Below the pieces are notes generated by a model. That model ran no database searches. It was not told the DNA's origin and saw only the letters and a list, made by a program, of their open reading frames with translations. Positions 53,480 to 63,448 of a stretch of DNA of 64,000 nt are shown piece after piece (the first letter of the stretch is position 1; every line of letters begins with the position of its first letter). The position numbers and the translations under genes are program-made. Source of the stretch: a candidate division FCPU426 bacterium (GTDB taxonomy: Bacteria; Oederibacteriota; Muellerivitia; Muellerivitales; Muellerivitaceae); assembly GCA_027452205.1 (NCBI GenBank), contig DAIDGV010000024.1:30750-94749 (forward strand). Reading direction: 5' to 3'.

Positions 53480-55879
53480 TTATCGGATAGAGCTGTTCAC
53501 GGGGCCCAGAGCGGACAAGGGGACCGGTCGATATCGGTTTTCCCTGGGGGTTTTCCACGCCAGGTTCATCGCCGAAAAATACCCATCGCCCATTTGGAAC
53601 CCGATCTCAAATCGGTGCCATCCCTTTTTCAAGGTCATCGCACCTGAGGGAGAGGGTCCCCAAGGAGTTAAGGGTTTTTGGTCGACGGACAGATTCGCTT
53701 TGTCCGTGGATTGGGTGAGGGCCAAAAAGGAATATTCACCGGTCGCGGGAGCGAAGATTTGACCCGACCAGCGCGCCGTGGAAACGTTCGAGTAAAAATC
53801 TGCTTTGGAAACATAATTGACCACCGGATCCCATTGTTCAAAAACCACAGAGTCTTCTTTTTCATATTGGACCAACAAACCGCGATCGAGCGATAACTGG
53901 GTCAAACAATTCTCGTCCAAGGGTATCCTCCGCCCCTCCGGATCCGTCTGCCATAATTGAAGGGTGTCCAGGTCCGCCTTGGTCACACGCACTTTCAAGG
54001 AGTGGTAACCCCGGATTAGGGCAACAGCCTTATTCCCTCGCACTGGATTCCCATCGACCTCCCAAAGGACCTGACGGGCCCCTCGGGAACCAAAACGATA
54101 GGACCCACTTTCCGGGACGAACCAACAAGCTGCGCCGGTCCTTCGAAAGGCCTTTTTCGCCGAAGACCCGGGCGTCCATTTCATCCCGCGTGAGGCGCGC
54201 AGCAGGGCCGAAGTCACTTTCACTTCATAGACCAAGGGCGATCCTTGGGGATCATTTAGAACGGTTACGGAAGCATCCGGATAAAGTTCTTTCAAAAGCT
54301 CCAGGATGCCCGCTTCCCCACGGGTCAGAATGAAACAAACGCCTTCCTTGGATAAAGGCGCCTGCGCGAAGGCCAGATCCCGGGGCCAATCCCATTGCCG
54401 GAAGTCCTTCAGGTGATCGAAAGCTAGGAACCGAACGGTCAAATGGGGTCCGAAACTGGGGCAAAGGATCATTTGATATTGGGAACCCAGCCGGGCGATC
54501 TCCTGACCCGCCAAGGTTGGTCCCAGGTCAAAGAAGATCGGGGCACGATTATCTTTTTCTTGGATCCGGAAAAGCTCGTCCGCGTTAAGACCCGCGATAA
54601 GGACGCAACACAGCACCGGCAACACCGCTTTCCATGGTCCTTGGCCAACCCGCTGGGTAAGCGACCACAAGGCTTGGCCCGCCCAAAAAAGCACACAAGG
54701 TAACAGTGGGAACACGTGGCTGATGTTGGTTGGGTCCGTGGAAAGGATGTCGGTCAGGCTAAAACCAAAGAAGACGGCCAAAGTATAGAAAAACACCCTT
54801 TGCCGCCAATTCCACAGTGCCCAAACCAATCCGATTACGGCCAAAAAGTGCGTGACCGGGTCCAACATGGGCATTTGATCGGTCGTCTGTTTGGGGGAGG
54901 GGTCTCCTTGACGGCCAAAAAGTCCCAGGAACTTTCCTGTATTTTCGACCAAAGGCATCAGGCTTTTCTGTTCGACAATGGTCCAACCAACGAACTGTTC
55001 CGCCGGATAACCCTGGCCAAATTGGGGCGTCTGGGCCCAATGGCAGATTAGCGGGGATAAAACAGCTAAGAACGTCAGTCCAAAGGCCAGCCATTTCCCT
55101 TTTTGGTCCTGGAAAGCCTGCGGTACACGGGTGATCTCATAAAGAAAGACCAACACAACGATGACCGGAAAGACCCGGTAGGAATAATACCCATAGAAAC
55201 CCAACCCGACCCAAAGACCCGCGGCCCAAAAGGGCCAACGCTTGCCGCTCTTTGATCCATGTGACAGCAAAAAAAGACTTCCATAAGCGAAAAAGAACGG
55301 AAGTTGATCGATCCCTGCCCAGCGGCAAAGATAAGCGTCCCAATGACAGACCGCGCCCAAGGCCGTGGCACAGAGGGCCGGCCCCACTCCAGCCAATTTC
55401 CGAAAAAAAAGATAGGTCACGATCAAGGCCAGGAATGAATAGGTCGCCGTCAACAAAGCGGCGTTCAAGGCGGTCGGTTGGAAGAATTTGAACCACAACG
55501 CCCCCGGATAAAGGGGCAAGGAGGGACAGTCCAGCAAGGGGGTCTCAAAGAAAGGATGCCAACCGTTCAAGACCATCAAACTGCCCAAAGCGGGCACTGC
55601 CTGGTCCAAGCACAGTCCACTGGGAAACCGGTCCAAGTGGTAGGTTCGAAAGAAGACTGCTGCAACAAGGATGACCGGCAACAAGGTCATTTCCGCCCAA
55701 GGCGAAAGTGGGTTGGGGTTGTCTTTTTTTGAAGTGTCTGTCTTAATGAAAAGGACGGCGGAGAGGACAAAAAGGGACAAGGAACAAAGGGTCAAAATAA
55801 AACCGCCGTGCTGGGCCAATAAGAACTGACCCAGCACGGCGGATAGAACGACCAGGAAAGGGTAAAGAATACCGATCAC
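53480..55879 (-). CDS. GT-C-like polytopic membrane glycosyltransferase fused to C-terminal PA14-like carbohydrate-binding domains
   Basis: 799 aa. N-terminal region of about 480 aa has about 12 TM helices and an ArnT/PMT-like first loop (…FRTYHLDRFPSGLCLDQA…). The C-terminal region of about 300 aa has two beta-rich repeats with PA14-like G-x-Y-x-F…W-x-G-x-H signatures. Confidence 0.6.
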   Translation of the reverse strand: MIGILYPFLVVLSAVLGQFLLAQHGGFILTLCSLSLFVLSAVLFIKTDTSKKDNPNPLSPWAEMTLLPVILVAAVFFRTYHLDRFPSGLCLDQAVPALGSLMVLNGWHPFFETPLLDCPSLPLYPGALWFKFFQPTALNAALLTATYSFLALIVTYLFFRKLAGVGPALCATALGAVCHWDAYLCRWAGIDQLPFFFAYGSLFLLSHGSKSGKRWPFWAAGLWVGLGFYGYYSYRVFPVIVVLVFLYEITRVPQAFQDQKGKWLAFGLTFLAVLSPLICHWAQTPQFGQGYPAEQFVGWTIVEQKSLMPLVENTGKFLGLFGRQGDPSPKQTTDQMPMLDPVTHFLAVIGLVWALWNWRQRVFFYTLAVFFGFSLTDILSTDPTNISHVFPLLPCVLFWAGQALWSLTQRVGQGPWKAVLPVLCCVLIAGLNADELFRIQEKDNRAPIFFDLGPTLAGQEIARLGSQYQMILCPSFGPHLTVRFLAFDHLKDFRQWDWPRDLAFAQAPLSKEGVCFILTRGEAGILELLKELYPDASVTVLNDPQGSPLVYEVKVTSALLRASRGMKWTPGSSAKKAFRRTGAACWFVPESGSYRFGSRGARQVLWEVDGNPVRGNKAVALIRGYHSLKVRVTKADLDTLQLWQTDPEGRRIPLDENCLTQLSLDRGLLVQYEKEDSVVFEQWDPVVNYVSKADFYSNVSTARWSGQIFAPATGEYSFLALTQSTDKANLSVDQKPLTPWGPSPSGAMTLKKGWHRFEIGFQMGDGYFSAMNLAWKTPRENRYRPVPLSALGPVNSSIR

Positions 55880-55891
55880 CTTTCCGACAGC

Positions 55892-56872
55892 TTACTTCTT
55901 ATTTTTCTTCTTTTCTTTTTTACGCTTCTCTTTTTCCAACTTCTTACGGTCTTTTTTGGAGAGTTTCTCCGGCTTGGCCGCTTTTTTCTTGCCCTTGGAC
56001 TTTTTCATGGCTTCCAAAAGGGCATTGCCGATCTCGCCGGGGCTCTTCGCCACAACGATCCCCGCCGCTTCTAACGCCGCGATCTTCTCTTTGGCCGTCC
56101 CTTTACCGCCCGAAACGATGGCGCCGGCATGGCCCATGCGTTTGCCCGGGGGCGCTGAGGCGCCCGCGATGAAGGCAGCGACAGGCTTTTTCATGTGTTT
56201 CTTCACATAGAGGGCCGCTTCTTCCTCGTTGGACCCGCCGATCTCACCGATCATGATGACCGCTTCGGTATTTTTATCCTCGTTCAGCAATCGCATGGCG
56301 TCGATATGGGTGGTTCCCACGATCGGGTCGCCGCCAATGCCGATACAGGTGGATTGGCCCATGCCCAATTGGGTCACTTGCCAGACCGCCTCATAAGTAA
56401 GCGTCCCCGAGCGGGAAACGATGCCGATCTTGCCCGGGCGGTGGATATAACCCGGCATGATGCCCACCTTGGCCACGCCCGGCGTGATGATGCCTGGGCA
56501 GTTGGGACCGATGAGGCGTACGTCTGGATAACCCTTGAGGATCTTATTCACCTTGGCCATGTCATTGGCCGGGATGCCTTCGGTGATGCAAACGATGAGC
56601 TTGATGCCTCCAGCCGCCGCTTCCAGGATGGCGTCCGCGGCGAACAGGGCCGGAACGAAGATCATCGTGGTGTTGGCGCCAGTAGCCTTGACCGCTTGTT
56701 CAACGGTGTCGAACACCTTAAAACCCTCGATCTCGGTGCCGCCCTTGCCCGGCGTTACGCCGCCGACCATCTTGGTGCCGTACTCACGGCAGGCTTTCGA
56801 GTGGAACAATCCGGCAGTACCGGTGATCCCTTGGCAAATGACCTTCGCGTTCTTGTCGAGTAATACGCTCAT
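55892..56872 (-). CDS. sucD: succinyl-CoA synthetase alpha subunit, with about 35-aa lysine-rich C-terminal tail
   Basis: The SucD CoA-binding and phosphohistidine domains are intact. The protein ends …[37 protein letters not shown]. Confidence 0.88.
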   Translation of the reverse strand: MSVLLDKNAKVICQGITGTAGLFHSKACREYGTKMVGGVTPGKGGTEIEGFKVFDTVEQAVKATGANTTMIFVPALFAADAILEAAAGGIKLIVCITEGIPANDMAKVNKILKGYPDVRLIGPNCPGIITPGVAKVGIMPGYIHRPGKIGIVSRSGTLTYEAVWQVTQLGMGQSTCIGIGGDPIVGTTHIDAMRLLNEDKNTEAVIMIGEIGGSNEEEAALYVKKHMKKPVAAFIAGASAPPGKRMGHAGAIVSGGKGTAKEKIAALEAAGIVVAKSPGEIGNALLEAMKKSKGKKKAAKPEKLSKKDRKKLEKEKRKKEKKKNKK

Positions 56873-58041
56873 GAGTTGGCTCCTTTCACCGCAGCCACCA
56901 CAGCTTTGGCGGCTTCATCCATGCTGGAGGCGAAGCTGTATTTAAGACCGGATTGGGCCAGGAGTTCTTTCCCCTTTTCCACGTTGGTCCCTTCCAAACG
57001 CACGACCAAAGGCAGCGACAAGCCCACTTCCTTGGCCGCGTCGATGATGCCCTGGGCGATGACATCGCACTTGGCGATGCCGCCGAAGATGTTGACCAAG
57101 ATGGCCTTCACCCGGGTATCGGACAAAATGATCTTGAAAGCCTGGGTGACCGCCTTTTGGCTGGCGCTGCCGCCCACGTCCAAGAAGTTAGCTGGGGAAC
57201 CCCCGAAATATTGGATCGCGTCCGCGGTGGCCATGGCCAGACCCGCGCCATTCACCAGGCAGCCGATATAACCGTCCAGGGAGATATAGGAAAGGCCATG
57301 CTGGGCCGCTTCCAGTTCCCGGGCGTCTTCCTCGTCGGGATCGCGCCAGGTGGCGTAATCTTTATGACGGGCCAGGCCGTTGTCCTCAAAATCGACCTTG
57401 GCGTCCAAGCAATGGATGGAACCATCCTTCAGGACGACCAGGGGATTCACTTCGAGCATCGACAGGTCCAGGTCCATGAAGCATCTCACCATGTTCTGGA
57501 ACAACTTGGCCCCTTGGTTGATCGCTTCTTGAGGCAACCCTAAGCGCAGATGTAACTGACGGGCTTGATAGGCGTGCAACCCTTCGATCGGGTCCACGAT
57601 GATCTTGAAGATGGCTTCCGGTTTGGTGACAGCCAACTCTTCGATCTCCGTGCCGCCCTCGGCGGAAGCCAGGATGATCGGCGTGCGGTTCACGCGGTCC
57701 AGGACCACGGAAACATAGAGTTCCTTTACGTAATCCACCGCGGGGGTAATGAAGATCTTCTTCACCAGTTTGCCTTCGGGCCCGGTCTGGGGGGAAATAA
57801 GGGTCATGCCCAGGATGGCCGCGGACTTCTCTTGCACTTCCTGCTCGGTCTTCGCGAACTTGACCCCGCCAGCCTTACCACGGCCACCGGCATGGACTTG
57901 GGCTTTCACCACCCAGGGACCCTGGGGGAACTTTTTCAAGGCTTCATCGACCTCGGAAAGGTGCTTCACCACCGCGCCCGGTGTGACCGGGATGCCGTAC
58001 TTGGCGAAGATCTCCTTGGCTTGATATTCATGAAGTTTCAC
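56869..58041 (-). CDS. sucC: succinyl-CoA synthetase beta subunit
   Basis: 390 aa; ATP-grasp N-domain ([19 protein letters not shown]) and CoA-ligase C-domain. Overlaps sucD by 4 nt. Confidence 0.92.
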   Translation of the reverse strand: MKLHEYQAKEIFAKYGIPVTPGAVVKHLSEVDEALKKFPQGPWVVKAQVHAGGRGKAGGVKFAKTEQEVQEKSAAILGMTLISPQTGPEGKLVKKIFITPAVDYVKELYVSVVLDRVNRTPIILASAEGGTEIEELAVTKPEAIFKIIVDPIEGLHAYQARQLHLRLGLPQEAINQGAKLFQNMVRCFMDLDLSMLEVNPLVVLKDGSIHCLDAKVDFEDNGLARHKDYATWRDPDEEDARELEAAQHGLSYISLDGYIGCLVNGAGLAMATADAIQYFGGSPANFLDVGGSASQKAVTQAFKIILSDTRVKAILVNIFGGIAKCDVIAQGIIDAAKEVGLSLPLVVRLEGTNVEKGKELLAQSGLKYSFASSMDEAAKAVVAAVKGANS

Positions 58042-58094
58042 GATCGCTCCTTCAAGAAAAGATTGAACGACAGCTCACAGCCACTCGAACATCC

Positions 58095-59507
58095 TCAACG
58101 AATATGATTGTGCATTTCGAGGAAGATATTTTTGAAATCATTGAAGACCGTCAAGGCCATCAGACCGATCACCAGCACGAAACCAACCTGCTGGTAGATC
58201 ATCTGGGCTTTCACCGAGACCGGGCTCCTTTTGATGGCTTCGATCAGGCAAAGGACGATCTGGCCGCCATCCACCACCGGGATAGGCAGCAGGTTCATCA
58301 CGAAAAGGATGAGGGAGATCACGATCACGCTGTGGATCAGGTCCTGCAGGCCTTGGGTGGCGTTCTGGTACATCATCCGCATGATGGTCACCGGCCCGGC
58401 CACATTGTCCTTCAGGGAAACTTGCCCCGTGAACAACTTCACGATTCCGTCGACCAGCATTTTGGACAAGTTCAGGGTGTAGTTGGTCGCGTCGCTTACC
58501 GCCGTCAGGACGGGTACCCGTTTCATTTCGGGTTTGCCATTGTCCACCGGGCTGATACCGATCGCCTTGTAATAACCATTGAAGATACGGGGGATGGTGA
58601 TGGTGTGGGCCGTTTTATCGCGAATGAACTCGATCTGCAAATTTTCAGTCGAGGCGTTGCGGATCAGATAGGCTAGTTGGGCCCAGTCGGTCACTTTTTG
58701 GCCATTCACTTGGGTGATCTCATCCCCATCTTGAAGCCCGGCGTTACGGGCCGGTTGTCCTAAGAGCGCCTGCCCCACGATGGGGTCTTTTCGGTCCGAG
58801 ATGCCCAGTTCGGTATTGTCCGTCGGCACAGGACCCAACCCCGCCTTGGCTAACAAACGCAGCGCACTGATATCCGAACTCGCCCAGGGACTTTCCGGTT
58901 TGGCCCCACGCTCGATAGTGGCGGTCTCGACCTTATTCTTGCGTTGATAAGTGATGACAACGCTCTTGCCATAATCGGGTAAAAGATCGTCGTAGGCCGT
59001 GTTCAGGTTGTCGATCGGTTTGCCGTTGACCGTCAAAAGAAGGTCGCCTTCGTGTAACCCCGCTTTGGCCGCTAGGCTGTTCGGCGGCACGAAGCCCAAG
59101 AGAGGCTGCGCGATCTCCATCGGTTCGCCTAGGCAAATAAAGAGCCCTGCGGTCAGTACAAGCGCGGAAAGGAAGTTCATGCCCGGTCCGGCTAAAAGGA
59201 TGATGACCCGCTTCCACCAGGAAGCGAAGAGGAACTCTCCCGGTTCGGCGGGCTTTTGGTGCATCGTCTCGGCGGAAGAATCGCTCAGGTCCCCGCCCTT
59301 CATCTTGCAAAAGCCGCCCAAGGGCACCACCCGGATCGCGTAAAGGGTCTTGCCCCATTGGCGGGAAAGGAAAGTCGGGCCGAAACCCAGGGCGAACTCC
59401 TCGACTTCCACTCCAAAGAGACGGGCAGCCAGGAAATGGCCCGATTCATGGATAAAGATCATGAAGCTGAAGAAAAGAAGGACTTCGACTAGGTGAATGA
59501 TGTTCAT
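58095..59507 (-). CDS. rseP: RIP metalloprotease RseP (site-2 protease) with PDZ domains
   Basis: 470 aa; HExxH motif in TM1 (IHESGHFLAA), tandem PDZ domains, and LDG motif (…NLLPIPVVDGG…). Confidence 0.88.
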   Translation of the reverse strand: MNIIHLVEVLLFFSFMIFIHESGHFLAARLFGVEVEEFALGFGPTFLSRQWGKTLYAIRVVPLGGFCKMKGGDLSDSSAETMHQKPAEPGEFLFASWWKRVIILLAGPGMNFLSALVLTAGLFICLGEPMEIAQPLLGFVPPNSLAAKAGLHEGDLLLTVNGKPIDNLNTAYDDLLPDYGKSVVITYQRKNKVETATIERGAKPESPWASSDISALRLLAKAGLGPVPTDNTELGISDRKDPIVGQALLGQPARNAGLQDGDEITQVNGQKVTDWAQLAYLIRNASTENLQIEFIRDKTAHTITIPRIFNGYYKAIGISPVDNGKPEMKRVPVLTAVSDATNYTLNLSKMLVDGIVKLFTGQVSLKDNVAGPVTIMRMMYQNATQGLQDLIHSVIVISLILFVMNLLPIPVVDGGQIVLCLIEAIKRSPVSVKAQMIYQQVGFVLVIGLMALTVFNDFKNIFLEMHNHIR

Positions 59508-59534
59508 GGATTTCCTTTTAGGACCAGCAGCAAC

Positions 59535-60689
59535 TCAGCCAACGATGCGGGCGGCTTCAGATCGGGCCCAGCGATCGGCCAACAATATACCATCGAGGTT
59601 TCCGTTTGTCAGGGGCCGGTATCGGGACAAAACCTTCGAAATGATCTTGGGAATGCTGATAAAAGCTATCTGTTTATTCAGAAAACGGCTTACTGCCACT
59701 TCGTTGGCCGCATTTAACACAGCCGGATAAGTCCCACCTTTCTTCCCCGCCGCGTAAGCCAGGTCCACGCAGAGGAATTTCTTCCGGTCGGGTTTTTGGA
59801 AATTCAATTGGGCGATCTCCGTCAGTTTCAACCGGCTCACCGGCGCGTGTCCTCGGAAAGGATAGGTCATGGCGTATTGGATGGGGATCTGCATGTCCGT
59901 CGTTCCCAACTGGGCCAACACCGACCCGTCGATAAATTCCACCATGGAATGAACGATGGACTCGGGGTGGATGACGATGTCGATCTTCTCGAAAGGCACG
60001 TTAAAGAGGAAATGAGCCTCGATGACCTCCAGCCCCTTGTTCATCAGGGTGGCTGAATCGATGGTGATCTTGGGGCCCATGCGCCAAGTCGGATGGTTCA
60101 AGGCTTGCTTGAGCGTGATCTTTTTGAAGTGCTTCTGGTCGAGATTCCGGAAAGGGCCGCCCGAAGCGGTCAGGATGACCTTGTGGATCTCCGACAAGGG
60201 CGGGGCCCCCGCCAGGCATTGGAATACCGCGCAATGCTCGCTATCGACCGGGAGGATTCTCGAACCGGACTTTTTCGCGGCCTTCGTTACCACTTCCCCG
60301 GCCATAACCATGGTCTCTTTGTTCGCTAAGGCGATATCCTTGCCCTTTTCGATGGCGGTCAGGGTCGGCTTTAATCCCGCCGCGCCCACAATGGCCGAAA
60401 GCACCAGGTCCGCGCCCGACTCCCCGGCCACCGTCACGACCCCTTCTTCCCCAGCTAAGAGTTTGGTCGAGGTTCCCTTCGTCAACGCTTTGAGTTCCTG
60501 CCAAAGATTGGCGTCCATAATGGCGGCCATCCTGGGTTTATAGGTTTTGATCTGTTGGGCCAGCAGTTTGACGTTTCGGTACGCGGTCAGCCCGGTCACT
60601 TGGAATTGGGGCTTGAGGTTATCAACGACCTTCAGGGTGGAAACACCGATGGACCCGGTCGAACCCAGGATGGCGATCTTTTTGGACAT
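59535..60689 (-). CDS. dxr: 1-deoxy-D-xylulose 5-phosphate reductoisomerase
   Basis: 384 aa; N-terminal GSTGSIG NADPH-binding motif and DXR catalytic and C-terminal domains. Confidence 0.92.
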   Translation of the reverse strand: MSKKIAILGSTGSIGVSTLKVVDNLKPQFQVTGLTAYRNVKLLAQQIKTYKPRMAAIMDANLWQELKALTKGTSTKLLAGEEGVVTVAGESGADLVLSAIVGAAGLKPTLTAIEKGKDIALANKETMVMAGEVVTKAAKKSGSRILPVDSEHCAVFQCLAGAPPLSEIHKVILTASGGPFRNLDQKHFKKITLKQALNHPTWRMGPKITIDSATLMNKGLEVIEAHFLFNVPFEKIDIVIHPESIVHSMVEFIDGSVLAQLGTTDMQIPIQYAMTYPFRGHAPVSRLKLTEIAQLNFQKPDRKKFLCVDLAYAAGKKGGTYPAVLNAANEVAVSRFLNKQIAFISIPKIISKVLSRYRPLTNGNLDGILLADRWARSEAARIVG

Positions 60690-60748
60690 TCATATTCCCT
60701 GCGTTTTGATGAACGGCAAGCGGTGTTGGATTATAGCACCGCCGAACA

Positions 60749-60783
60749 TAAAAAAAACGGGAAGCGGTTTCCCGCTTCCCGTT
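60749..60783 (-). terminator. rho-independent terminator downstream of dnaK
   Basis: Minus-strand AACGGGAAGCGGG-AAA-CCGCUUCCCGUU followed by UUUUUUUU. Confidence 0.75.
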
Positions 60784-60805
60784 CATGGATCCTATCGGGA
60801 TAAAG

Positions 60806-62737
60806 TTATTTCTTATCCTTATCCACCGGTTCGTACTCGGCATCGACCGCGCCCTCTTGGCCGCCGTCTTTCTTGGCCCCGTCGCCTCCCGGGGCGCCAG
60901 CCGCGCCGGCCCCTTGGGCTTCCTGGGCCGCCTTGTACATGACCTCACCTAGCTTCATCGAGGCTTCGTTCAACTCGTCCGAAGCCTTCTTGATGGCCTC
61001 GATATCGTCACTAGAGAGGACCTTTTTCAGTTCCTCCAACTTCTCCTCGATCTTCTTCTTGGTGTCGCCATCGACCTTATCGCCGTAATCCTTCAGCGCC
61101 TTTTCGGTGCTATAGACCAGGGTATCGGCATGGTTCTTGGCTTCGATCTTCTCTTTCTTCTTTTTGTCCTCTTCAGCGTGCAGTTCCGCGTCCTTCTGCA
61201 TCTTCTTGATCTCGTCTTCCGAGAGACCCGAGGAGGGGGTAATGCGGATAGCTTGTTCCTTGCCCGTGCCCAGGTCCTTGGCGGACACGTTCAAGATACC
61301 GTTGGCGTCGATGTTGAACGTCACCTCGATCTGGGGGACGCCGCGCGGCGCCGGCGGGATGCCGACCAGGTCGAACTTGCCCAGCGTGCGGTTGTCCGAG
61401 GCCATTTCGCGCTCGCCTTGGAGCACGTGGATGGACACCGCCGGTTGGTTGTCCGAGGCGGTCGAGAACACTTGGCTCTTCTTGGCCGGGATGGTGGTAT
61501 TGCGTTCGATGACCTTGGTCATCACCGCGCCCATGGTTTCCACGCCCAAAGAGAGCGGGGTCACGTCGAGCAGCAGAACGTCCTTCACTTCACCCTTCAA
61601 AACGCCACCCTGGACCGCGGCGCCGATGGCGACGACTTCGTCCGGATTCACACCCTTATGGGGTTCCTTCTTGAAGAAGTCTTTCACGGTCTTTTGGACC
61701 AGCGGCATGCGGGTCATTCCACCCACCAGCACCACTTCATGGATATCGTCCACCGTCAACCCGGCGTCCTTCAAGGCCTTGCGGCAGGGTTCCAGGGTAT
61801 TGGTGACCAGGTCGCCGACCAATTGTTCCAGCTTAGCGCGGGACAATTTCACGTTCAAATGCTTCGGGCCCGAGGCATCCGCGGTGATGAAGGGCAGGTT
61901 GATATCGGTCTCGTTGGAGGCCGACAGGTCGATCTTCGCTTTTTCAGCCGCTTCCTTCAGGCGCTGCAGGGCCATGCGGTCGTTCTTCAGGTCCACGCCC
62001 GTTTCTTTTTTGAAATCGTCGATGAGCCACTCGATGATGTGCTGGTCGAAGTCGTCTCCGCCCAAGTGGGTGTCCCCGTTGGTGGACTTCACTTCAAAAA
62101 CCCCATCACCCAGTTCGAGCACGGACACGTCGAAAGTACCGCCGCCCAGGTCATAGACCGCGATCTTCTCGTTCTTTTGTTTCTTGTCCAGGCCATAGGC
62201 CAGGGCCGCCGCTGTCGGCTCGTTGATGATGCGCAGAACATCCAACCCGGCGATCTTGCCGGCGTCCTTGGTGGCTTGGCGCTGGGCGTCATTGAAATAA
62301 GCCGGGACCGTAATGACCGCTTCGGTAATAGGGGAGCCCACATAGGCTTCCGCGTCGGCCTTGAGCTTTTGCAGGATCATGGCCGAAATTTCCGGGGGGG
62401 AGAACTCTTTATCGTTCACGCTCACCCGGACGTCGCCGTTGGAGGATTCTTTCAGGTTATAAGGGACCAATTTGCGGTCGCGTTCCACCTCGGCGTCATG
62501 CAGCTTGCGGCCCATGAAGCGCTTGATGGAAAAGACCGTGTTGGTCGGGTTGGTGATGGCTTGGTTCTTGGCCACCCGGCCCACCAGACGTTCTCCCGAT
62601 TTGGAAAAGCCGACCACCGACGGGGTGGTGCGGGCGCCTTCGGAATTGGCGATAACAACCGGTTCGCCGCTTTCCATGATCGCCATACAGGAATTGGTCG
62701 TTCCCAGGTCGATGCCTAAAACTTTGTTCGTAGCCAT
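60806..62737 (-). CDS. dnaK: molecular chaperone DnaK (Hsp70)
   Basis: Hsp70 signatures ([28 protein letters not shown]). Start ATG at 62737 with a GGGAG Shine-Dalgarno; the ORF track extends 6 codons further upstream. Confidence 0.93.
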   Translation of the reverse strand: MATNKVLGIDLGTTNSCMAIMESGEPVVIANSEGARTTPSVVGFSKSGERLVGRVAKNQAITNPTNTVFSIKRFMGRKLHDAEVERDRKLVPYNLKESSNGDVRVSVNDKEFSPPEISAMILQKLKADAEAYVGSPITEAVITVPAYFNDAQRQATKDAGKIAGLDVLRIINEPTAAALAYGLDKKQKNEKIAVYDLGGGTFDVSVLELGDGVFEVKSTNGDTHLGGDDFDQHIIEWLIDDFKKETGVDLKNDRMALQRLKEAAEKAKIDLSASNETDINLPFITADASGPKHLNVKLSRAKLEQLVGDLVTNTLEPCRKALKDAGLTVDDIHEVVLVGGMTRMPLVQKTVKDFFKKEPHKGVNPDEVVAIGAAVQGGVLKGEVKDVLLLDVTPLSLGVETMGAVMTKVIERNTTIPAKKSQVFSTASDNQPAVSIHVLQGEREMASDNRTLGKFDLVGIPPAPRGVPQIEVTFNIDANGILNVSAKDLGTGKEQAIRITPSSGLSEDEIKKMQKDAELHAEEDKKKKEKIEAKNHADTLVYSTEKALKDYGDKVDGDTKKKIEEKLEELKKVLSSDDIEAIKKASDELNEASMKLGEVMYKAAQEAQGAGAAGAPGGDGAKKDGGQEGAVDAEYEPVDKDKK

Positions 62738-62816
62738 AATGATTCTCCCTTTCATTCACAAGGCCAGTTTAGGCCTTGGATTCTTCCTTCTAAATGATGT
62801 GCGTCATGACCGCCGC

Positions 62817-63332
62817 TTAAGAAGCGGGGTTTTTCGCGATCTTCACTAATGTCGGGCGCAGGACCCGGTCGTTCAACATATAACCGGCCTGCAATTCCTC
62901 GATCACCGTCTCATCCGGATGGTCTTGGGTTTCTTCTTGGAACATCACTTCGTGGAAGCGGGGGTCGAACTTCTGGCCCTTGGCTTGGATGCGGGTTACC
63001 TGGTTCTTTTCCAGGAACGAGTGGAACTGTTTGAGCGTCAATTCCACGCCTTGCTTCAAACTGAGCAGACCCTTGTCCGTATCGTCCGCGGGTAAAGCCG
63101 CCAACGCCCGTTCCAGATTGTCCGCGATGACCAAGACCTCTTTCAGGAGCCCGGCTTGCGAGAATTTAAGAAGCTCTTCCTTTTCCTTCAAGGCGCGTTT
63201 CTTGAAGTTCTCAAAATCCGCGGCCAAATAGAGCATCTTCTCTTTGACTTCGTCGTGTTTCTTTTGCCAATCCTCGGCCGGAGCGGCCTCGGTGGCGGTT
63301 TGAGCTTCTGGGTTAACGACAGGTTCGGTCAT
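62817..63332 (-). CDS. grpE: nucleotide exchange factor GrpE
   Basis: GrpE coiled-coil and beta-domain (…YLAADFENFKKR…). Probable start ATG at 63332 with GGAG. The ORF track extends to a TTG at 63365. Confidence 0.85.
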   Translation of the reverse strand: MTEPVVNPEAQTATEAAPAEDWQKKHDEVKEKMLYLAADFENFKKRALKEKEELLKFSQAGLLKEVLVIADNLERALAALPADDTDKGLLSLKQGVELTLKQFHSFLEKNQVTRIQAKGQKFDPRFHEVMFQEETQDHPDETVIEELQAGYMLNDRVLRPTLVKIAKNPAS

Positions 63333-63386
63333 TACGAATACTCCAAGGGGATCGGCTTGGCCCAAAAAGGCCTGTAACGCTCAGCC

Positions 63387-63414
63387 ATAATAGGTAGGCT
63401 CATTGGAAAGTCAA
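63387..63414 (-). promoter_or_regulatory. candidate sigma-70-type promoter for grpE-dnaK
   Basis: Minus-strand TTGACT-N16-TATTAT about 50 nt upstream of the grpE ATG. No CIRCE inverted repeat is present. Confidence 0.35.
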
Positions 63415-63448
63415 CGTCTGCGGGACAGCTGGAAGAGGGCTAAAACCC

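Noticed and set aside
63366-63448. CIRCE/HrcA operator upstream of grpE
   Set aside because: No TTAGCACTC-N9-GAGTGCTAA-like inverted repeat is present in this interval.
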